Below are positions 55,418 through 64,000 of a stretch of DNA of 64,000 nucleotides, one piece after another. Origin of the DNA: Eledone cirrhosa (lineage: Eukaryota); contig OZ024741.1 of assembly GCA_964016885.1 (NCBI GenBank), positions 338,954,001 through 339,018,000 of the forward strand, given 5' to 3'. How positions within the stretch are numbered: position 1 is the stretch's first letter; the number at the start of each line of letters is the position of its first letter. Both the position numbers and the translations under genes were made by a program. The notes below the pieces were generated by a model. That model made no database searches. It had not been told where the DNA came from and was given only the letters and a program-made list of their open reading frames with translations.

Positions 55418-56615
55418 CATCCCCCATCATGAAGGTGCATGATCTAATGGTAGGTTGTAAGGTCATGAGTTTGATTTCTTTTGATGCGTTGTGACTTTGA
55501 GCAAGACATTTTATTCTCATATGTGTATATAATTTTTTAAGCAAATATAAATGAAAAAAGTACTGTATATATTGTTTCATGGCTGGACATTACATATTCA
55601 CATTGCAGGTTGAAGGTTCGCAAACACACGACTCTTTGAGCCATGTGTTGGCACATATTCAAATTGTAATTTGAATATCACATATTACCCAGTTTTTAAT
55701 AATATATATACTCTTTTACCTGTTCCAGCCATCCGGCTGAGGCCATATATATATATATATATATATATTCATACAGACATTGATTTATTTAAAAGTATTC
55801 TGTACCATGGTTAAATCATCATAGATACCATCCTCCACTATTTTCTGTCTCCAGGAGTAATTTACCTGATTTTCTAAACTATTATTTATAGTTTATCTGC
55901 ATTGTGGTAGCTTTTGAAAGTGCATACAACAAAAATGCTCTTAGTTCATTCTGTAAGGTGGTCATACTGATACCAAGCCAAAAAGCATCCAGTTCAGCTT
56001 GTAAGGTGGTAGTGCTGCTGCCACAGAAAGAAAACAAAAGCTGCCAGTATGTGGTATAAAGTAGTTGGTGGTGGAAAGGATATCCAGCCATCAAAAATCA
56101 AGCCAAAAGTGGATTGTATGAGCAAGATGTGGTCACCTGATCTGTCTAGCTTCATAACTTGACAAGACATCTAACCCATGCAAGCATAGAAAATAGATAT
56201 TAAATGGTGGTGATGATGAACTGTGATCTCTCTCTCTCTCTTTCACACACACACTCACACACACATATATATATATGTATCACACACACAAACATGTACA
56301 TATATATAAATGTATCACACAAACACATATATATATATGTACTCACACATACACATATATATGTATCACATACACAAATATAAATATATACAGGGTGTCC
56401 CCCAAAAATGTGTACACTAAAACTCATCAAAGATGTATGTATATAGTATATAGCATAATGCATAAATGTCAGGGGACATGTACTAAGACATACACATACA
56501 CACACATATAAATATATATATATAGTAATAATAATAAATTTGAAGACTAAAATCCAAAGAGAGATCGATAAGGATAAATATATATCAGATATATAAGAAC
56601 CGTCGAGCAAATATT

Positions 56616-56754
56616 TATTAAAATAACAGATTAAAGTTTAAGCAAAGAATCGCTGCTTTCACCCTTAACGGGATCTTCTGAAACTGTTTCAGAAGATCCC
56701 GTTAAGGGTGAAAGCAGCGATTCTTTGCTTAAACTTTAATCTGTTATTTTAATA
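56616..56754. repeat. 139-bp palindrome
   Basis: Centre GAAAC-T-GTTTC at 56685. Confidence 0.95.
56686..56734 (+). ncRNA. Variant hammerhead (CAGAAGA core); mirror at 56636-56684, another copy at 19781-19829 (-)
   Basis: GUUU CAGAAGA UCCC-GUUAA-GGGU GAAAGCA...UGCUU AAAC. Confidence 0.6.
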
Positions 56755-56762
56755 TATATATA

Positions 56763-56845
<83 letters not shown>

Positions 56846-56939
56846 GTGGAACACTGGAAGGTAATATCCGTAGTGGTAGAGCACTCAGTCCAAGGGACGA
56901 GTTAGGTAGAAGTGGTTACACAACAGTTAGTTCACAATA

Positions 56940-56979
56940 CCGAGAACAATTGTTTCACCTTAGCGGATCTTCAGCTCGG
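56940..56979 (-). ncRNA. Minimal type-I hammerhead ribozyme
   Basis: CCGAG CUGAAGA UCC-GCUAA-GGU GAAAC-AAUU-GUU CUCGG; 5-bp stem I, palindromic stem III. Confidence 0.8.
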
Positions 56980-57226
56980 AATGGGCATGGTTATAGGAAC
57001 AGGAAGGACAACCGTACGAACGCGCATGCGCAGAAACCCGGTCACTTCACACAGGCAATACTAGTCTGCGTGCGAGAGGTGTAACGGAGATAACTGCGAA
57101 AGTCCGAAAAGTTTTTAGGTTGAAAATAAAATTACAAAGAATCAGTCCGGAGCCTTGTAGTTATACAATAGGTGTTTGGCGACGAGTGGACAACGTGTGA
57201 AAAATTCACTTCTCGTGTTTAGGCAA

Positions 57227-57537
57227 TCATCATCATCATCATCATCATCAACGTTTAACGTCCGTGTTCCACGCTTGCATGGGTTTGGACGGGGGTAGTC
57301 CCACTTGAGGCAAGAGTGATTGTCTTGCTCGCATAGGACTGTCTGGCAGGTTTTCTACAGTTGGATGCCCTTCCTAACACCAACCACATTTACAGTGTGG
57401 GTCTGGGAGGTTTTTACCGTGTTGCCTACACGGCCACATTACAGCGTGGACTGTGTGTTTTTTTGTCGTGACACCTACACGATCTCATTTGTTTCGGCCT
57501 CGATGGCGCGGCACCAACATAACTTTACATAGAACGG
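57227..57537 (-). mobile_element. RTE family 1 3'UTR inserted into a Penelope-like ORF
   Basis: Almost identical to 37747-38056. Confidence 0.9.
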
Positions 57538-58013
57538 CTCTTTAGAATAGTTATTCGTTCGTCAATACATAAGCCACACGTCGGATTTCCCCTTGCGTAT
57601 GGCTTGGACTTAGTGATGGCTTTCCATTGAATGGAGTAGTCTATACTTGAGTCCTTGAGGGACCATACGTGGCTCGCGAGTTTCGTGGATGGTCGTCTGT
57701 CCGGGTATCTGAAGGTAGACTGCTGGTTCAGGAAATGTTCCTTGAATCGGCCCTCCGCCATGCCCACATAGGATTTGACCTCCTGTGGTTCGTTTGGTCG
57801 GCTGGAAGTGACCACAGCTTCATAGACTACAGCTGGTGAAGGGGGCAAGCTTCAGGCTTACGGCAAGAGCACCCTGGTGGGGTGTTGCTCCAAGAGCTGC
57901 TGGTGATGTGGGCCTTCATGTTCTTAGCGCAGGAGTATCCTAGTTTAACTTTGTGTCGGTTAAAGATGGCGCGGTATTTATGACCTATGGGGAAGTGTCT
58001 ATCTAAGAGGGCT

Positions 58014-58787
58014 AGAAATGAAAGGCAGACTGTATGATGTGTGTATACGAACAGCAATGTTACATGGTAGTGAGACCTGGGCGCTGAAGGTGGAAGACTT
58101 ATGTAGATTGGAAAGAAACGAAGCCTGCATGCCCCGATGGGTGTGTAATAGTAATATACGCGAACGACAAAGCATAAATGAATTGAGAGAGAGACTGAGC
58201 ATAAGAGGAATCAAATGCTGTGTGCAGGAGAGGTGGTTGTGTTGGTATCGACATGCGATGATGTGTATAAAGCATGACAGCTGCATGAAAAGGTGCAGAG
58301 CACTAGAAGGCAATGGAAACCGCGGAGTGGGGAGACCCAAGAAGACCTGGGATGATATGATAAAAGCCGACCTTACCCAATTACACCTCTTAAAGGCGAT
58401 GACACACGACCGTGACCTCTGGCGTCACGCAGTAATACAGAGTACCCGACCTCCCATGGGTACAAGCTGAAGCATATAGATAACATGCCCCCAGACCCTC
58501 CCACTGCAAGGTGGTCGTGGAGGTGCCACAGCAAAAAAGCACCCAGCCCACACTGTAAAGTGGACGTGTAGGCGCCATTGAAAAAAATCACCCAGCACTC
58601 ACTGTAAATGAGGTTGGTGTTAGGAAGGGCATCCAGCTGTAGAAATCAAGCCAAAATCAGTTCCTGTATGAGTAAGGCATGGTCAGCCGACTAGACACTG
58701 CCCACAACAGGACAACCCGTCTAACCCATGCTAGCATGGAAGAACTGACGTAAAACGGTGAAGATGATGATGATGATGATGATGATG
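58014..58787 (+). mobile_element. RTE-clade LINE 3' fragment, family 3
   Basis: MKGRLYDVCIRTAMLHGSETW...GRPKKTW, distinct 3'UTR, (GAT)n tail. A shorter copy lies at 63458-63858. Confidence 0.85.
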
Positions 58788-61700
58788 ATCATCATCATCA
58801 TCGTTTAACGTCCATCTTCCACGCTTGCATGGGTTTGGACGGGAGTTTTCCCACTTGAGGCAATATTGGTTGTCCTGCTCGTATAGGACTGTCTGGCGGG
58901 TTTTCTACTGCTGGATGCCACCAACCACGTTCACAGTGTGGACTGGGAGGTTTTTACCGTGTTACCTACACGGCCACATTACAGCGTGGAGTGTGTGTTT
59001 TTTTTTCGTGACACCTACACGACCTCATTTATTTCGGACTGGATGTTGTGGTACTAACATAACTTTACATCGAAAGGGGTTGTGTGGATGGGGTGAGGGT
59101 GGTGGGATGGGTGTATTTTTGTTAGAGGTGCCTACTGACTGTAGGTTTCGCTTTGTACTTAGGCAAGGCGGGTCTTCTGTATTACTGTGTAGCACCAAAG
59201 ATCTTGGTCCAGTGACATTGTCTTGGAGCAGTGTAAGTGTGTGAGGTCGGAATTTATCAAGTCGTCCCAGGTTTTTCTGGGTCTGCCTACTCCATGGCTA
59301 CTGCCTATTTTTATCACCCTGCACTTTTTTATACAGCTCTTGTCTTTCATGCGCATCACGTGACCATACCAACGTAGTCTTCTCTCGAGTAAACAACATC
59401 TGATTCCTCTTATTCCTAATTTCTCCCTTAGTTCATTTTTGCTTTGCTGTTCACGTATATTACTATTACACATCCAACGGAGCATGCATGCTTCGTTCCT
59501 CTCCAGTCTGGTATATCCTCTGCACACAATGCCCAAGTCTCACTGCCATGTAACATTGCTGTTCGTATGCAGGCATCATACAGCCTCCCTTTCATTTTTA
59601 GAGAGAACCCTTTAGCGGCCAATAGTGGTATAAGCTCTCTGAACTTTTTCCATCCCGTTCTGACTCTAGCTACTGTACTTTCAGAGCCCCCTCCACCACT
59701 GCTGATTTTGTCACCCAGGTAACGGAAGGTGTCCACTATTTCTATAGAACCATCTGTGCACTGGAATGAGTTAGTATTCAGTGGGCACTTGCTGCTACTT
59801 ATTGCACCTGAGCACCGGCCACATATAAAATCTATATTCTTAGTTAGCTTACCTGTGATCCCACTACATCTTTTATGCACCCATACTTTGCATTTGGGAC
59901 ATAAAATGGAGTTTCTGCCTACTCCATTCCTACACACTGAGCATGGCCATTTCCCAGATGGGACTGGTGCCCTATTTTCCTTCCTACAAACTAGAACTTT
60001 AGTCTTAGACAGGTTAATTTTAAGGCCTTTTGATTCTAGGCCATGCTTCCATGTTTGGAATTTCTTCTCTAGTTCAGCCATTGATTCAGCTATGAGTGTT
60101 AGATCATCTGCGTATAGAAGTTCCCATGGGTAGCCGGTCTCGAACTCCTCTGTTATAGCCTGAAGGGCAATAATAAATAGTAGGAGGCTAAGGATGGAGC
60201 CCTGATGAACACCAACTTTTACGCTAAACTCTTCACTATATTCGTTGTTAATTCTAACCTTGCTGACTGTTTCTTTATACATGGCTTGTATAGCTCTCAC
60301 AAGCCATTCATTAACACCTAGTTTTCTAAGAGCCCACCAGATATTCGAGCGGGGTACTCTGTCAAAGGCTTTCTCCAAGTCAACAAAAGCTAAGTATAGG
60401 GGTTTACTTTTAGCTAGGTACTTCTCCTGTAGTTGTCGTACAATGAAAAGAGCGTCTGTTGTACTTTTACCGGACACAAAGCCGAACTGCATTTCATCTA
60501 GATCAATTCGCTCTCTGATTAGTTGCGCTATTACTTTATCTGTGACCTTCATGACCTGGTCAATTAATTTAATGCCTCCTATAGTTTCCCCTATCTAGGG
60601 CATCTCTTTTACCCTTGTAGCAGTTAATGATGATGCTGCTGAGCCAGTCCTTCGGAACGACCCCATTCTGTATGACTTGCTTAACTATCCGGGTGACCAT
60701 AGTGTGTCCCACCGTTCCAGATGCTTTCAGCATTTCAGCAACTATTTCCGAAGGCCCAACCACCTTGCCTGTCTTCATGTCTTTGATCGCCTTACTTATT
60801 ATACTACCTTCAACTTGCACTGCTGGTCCCTCTATTGGATCGATGTGGGGGAGACTGTCTTTCTCCCAATTATTCTCCTCATTTAGTAGCCTTTCGTAGT
60901 GACACTTCCAAGCTACCTTCTTATCAGCGTCAGTGATGGCAAGTATACCATCATCATTAAGGACACACTTCTCCCCGACAATATCACGGTTTTCCTTGAC
61001 ACATTGCTTAACAATCCTGAACACCTCACGTTTTTGGTCCTCGCGTTGTAGAACATGCTTGAACTTTCTTTCCTCTGCTTCCCTTCTCGCGAAGTACACT
61101 TGTCTCCTAGCTTCCCTCCTGGCCACTTGATAGTCTTCTCTACTTCCCCCATCCCGCCATACTTTCCAAGCCTGCTTTTTGGCCTTGATTGACTCCTCCA
61201 CCTTACTGTTCCACCACCAAGTTACTCTCCTCCTGCCTATAGTTCTGCCCCAGCCGCAGATTTCATCTGTCGCCTTCAGCAGGTTAGCTTTCAGGAATTC
61301 TCACTGTTCCTCTATATTGTACGACTCTAATTGCTCTTCCTTACTGTCAAAAGCATCAAGTAATATGCTTTTAAATTTATTACTGGCTGTGGGGTCCTTT
61401 AACCTCCATATTTTTCTCCTAAGGATAGTCCTCCTCTGTTGTCGAATACGTCTCGTCCTGACTATGAGGTCGCTAACTATGAGGCTATGTTGGGAGGTGC
61501 ATTCTTCATGGGGGAAGGATTTGGTGTTTACAACAGACACTCTGTCACGTCTTCTGGTAAGGATATAATCTATCTGACTGGCGTGTCCCCTGATCTATAG
61601 GTGATCAAGTGATTGTCTCGTTTTTTGAAGATTGTGTTACAGATAGTTAGATTATTTGCGTCACAGAATTCCAGGATTCTGGAGCCTTCCTCATTTCTAG

Positions 61701-62420
61701 TACCAAACCCAAAGCCTCCATGGATTCCGTCATAGCCGTCACAGTGTTGTCCAACGTGACCATTTAGGTCGCCAGCAATAATTATATAGTCACTGTCGGT
61801 TATTTGGGAGGTAATGAGCATTAACGACTCATAGAATCTGTCTTTTATAATGCCAGGCAGTCCGGATTGGGGTGCATATGCAGATATAATTGTCACAGTA
61901 GTTCTATTGAGGACAAGTCTTATTTTAATTATTCTGTCGTTCACTCTATTTACGTCTATTATCTTATCTGCCCACTTTTCTGCTACCATGATTCCCACTC
62001 CACCCAGCCCATTGTCATTTCCCACCCAGAAAAGCTTATAGCATCGTTTTTTACCCACAATGAATCTAGCAGACCCACCCCTCCCCCTGGTCTCTTGAAT
62101 ACAGCAAACATCAACCTCCTTACGTACAAGCATCTCTACAACCTCGTTAGAGTGACCTTTTAAGGTACCTACATTCATGGTACCAACTCCGAAGTTTTGG
62201 ATTGCGTTTGGTGGGTGGGGAGGACAGGGCGCAGGGAGGGGTGAGGGAGATGGGGCTATGTTAGCCGTCCGTGGCCTAAATAAAGAGGGGTCCTTGCATT
62301 CTCGTCCAGCAGCATGAGGTGAATTTGTCTTTGGCATTGTCACTGAGTGTCCAGATTTTTCAGACTCTCCAGAATTCCGTAGTCCATCCATCATATCGAA
62401 AGGCAACCAGGTCTAAACTT
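58788..62420 (-). mobile_element. Near full-length RTE-clade LINE (family 1): APE endonuclease + RT, frameshifted
   Basis: VGTMNVGTL, CCIQETR, GVGI, ISAYAPQ, IIAGDLNGHVG (APE), then RT motifs and a (CAT)n tail. Confidence 0.95.
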
Positions 62421-62515
62421 AAGTGATAACATGGGCCGCTAACTTATGATTGGTCCATGTAATAATAATGGTGGTGAATGGGGGCAGGGGGGAGGGATCT
62501 GGAGTAGTTAGCGAG

Positions 62516-63151
62516 GAGGTTATAAAATAAAATCCACAAAATTTTGGCCATAATTGAACGAGCATATAACTGTAATAAGGGAAGATTTGTGGGATTTTAA
62601 AATACAAGAAGATTATTTGAATGATCAGACAAAATTATCGAATAACATTGAAAATAAAATAAAAAAAAAAGAAAAGGTTGTATTCTGGACGATATGATAC
62701 AGATAGATGAATGGGCAAGGGAACATGGAGAGACGAGAAAATAGGATTCGTACCTTACATTTCACAGAAGATCGGCGAGCGATGTAGCCAAGAATATGGG
62801 TCGACAAATTCTGAGTTTCATACCCCGCAACAGTTTATTTTATGTTTGAAGAGAGAGGGGATGGGATTGATAGCGAGCCAGCATGGGGGGGGGGGGGGGG
62901 TAGTAGAGAGCGGGAAGGTTAATTTATGAAATCCTAGAATTTCGACCATATTTAAACGAGCGAGGAAGTTATTTTATAAAAATCAAAATCGAGAGGTTAT
63001 AAAATAAAATCCACGAAATTTTGGCCATAATTGAACGAGCATATAACTGTAATAAGGGAAGATTTGTGGGATTTTAAAATACAAGAAGATTATTTGAATG
63101 ATCAGCCAGAATTATCGAATAACATTGAAAAAAAAAAAAAAGAAAAGGTTG
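62516..63151. repeat. Direct repeat of about 160 bp (62516-62680 and 62994-63151)
   Basis: GAGGTTATAAAATAAAATCCAC...GAAAAGGTTG occurs twice, nearly identical. Confidence 0.9.
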
Positions 63152-63457
63152 ATATATGTATTAAACACTCACATTCACACAAATATATATATATTTCACA
63201 ATGCTTCAAGCAAACTTTAACACCCTCATATATATATATGTATTACACACACACATACACATATACATGTACTTAGACACACACATATATATGTATCACA
63301 TACACACACATATAAATATATATATATTTATATATACATATGTATTAAACATTCACATACACACAAATATATGTATTACACACACATACACACAAATATG
63401 TCCTCAGACACACACATACATATGTATCACATACACACACATATAAATATATATATA

Positions 63458-63858
63458 TGGGATGAGGTGATAAAAGCCGACCTTACCCAATTACAACTCT
63501 CTGGCGTCACGCAGTAATACAGAGTACCCGACCTCCCATGGGTACAAGCTGAAGCATATAGACAATATGCCCCCACACCCCCCACCGCAAGGTGGTCGTG
63601 GAGGTGCCACGGCAAAAAAGCACCCAGCCCACACTGTAAAGTGGACGTGTAGGCACCACGAAAAAGCACCCAGCACTCACTGTAAATGAGGTTGGTGTTA
63701 GGAAGGGCATCCAGCTGTAGAAATCAAGCCAAAATCAGTTCCTGTATGAGCAAGGCATGGTCAGCCGATCAGACACTGCCCACAACAAGACAACCCGTCT
63801 AACCCATGCTAGCGTGGAAGAACGGACGTAAAACGGTGATGATGATGATGATGATGAT
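63458..63858 (+). mobile_element. RTE family 3 3' end
   Basis: Highly similar to 58349-58787, with a small deletion. Confidence 0.85.
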
Positions 63859-64000
63859 ATATGTTCATCATTGTGTATTATGTACTAGAGTTGACGCTTT
63901 AAGAAACCTGACCGAGCTCAGTTGAAATCTCACAAAGGGGTTTTGTCGTCTTAATTTTCCATCCCTGAGGAAATGAAACAAGTAAAGCATCACTAATTAT

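Larger units (their letters stand above)
56842..58013 (-). mobile_element. Penelope-like element 3' part (GIY-YIG endonuclease, hammerhead), interrupted by an RTE tail
   Basis: FNRHKVKLGYSC, CSCRKPEACPL, VVYEA..SYVGMAEGRFK, CGLCIDE, then CLNTRSEFFTRC after the insertion; hammerhead at 56940-56979. Confidence 0.88.

Noticed and set aside
63961-63990. CTGAGGA-AAT-GAAAC-AA-GTA hammerhead-like string
   Set aside because: No stem II and no stem I pairing.

Overview
Eukaryotic, AT-rich, microsatellite-saturated DNA that most likely comes from an octopod cephalopod; this is inferred from the protocadherin type, the (TA)n density and the SINE/RTE repertoire. The only host gene is a six-cadherin-repeat protocadherin whose large coding exon runs 52234-54630 (+) and ends at a CAG|GTGAGT donor. 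The rest is mostly transposon debris: many RTE-clade LINE copies (one with an unbroken ORF over about 2.5 kb, one nearly full length), two tRNA-derived SINE families, Tx1/L1 and CR1 3' ends, a DD37D Tc1/mariner element, a mariner relic, hAT, piggyBac-like and Helitron non-autonomous elements, and a 200-N gap. The most striking hidden layer is a set of roughly 15 type-I hammerhead ribozyme motifs from several Penelope-like families. These include recurrent non-canonical cores (U10.1-U11.1, U3-A8, A4) and palindromic stem III. Several sit inside or at the junctions of fold-back palindromes of 140-340 bp. Other oddities are a 58-bp copy of the protocadherin exon inside an intronic array made from a piggyBac-like terminus, an element with two convergent tRNA-like Pol III modules, and a poly-Cys uORF between alternative splice acceptors. 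All structures were folded by eye and no database searches were run.
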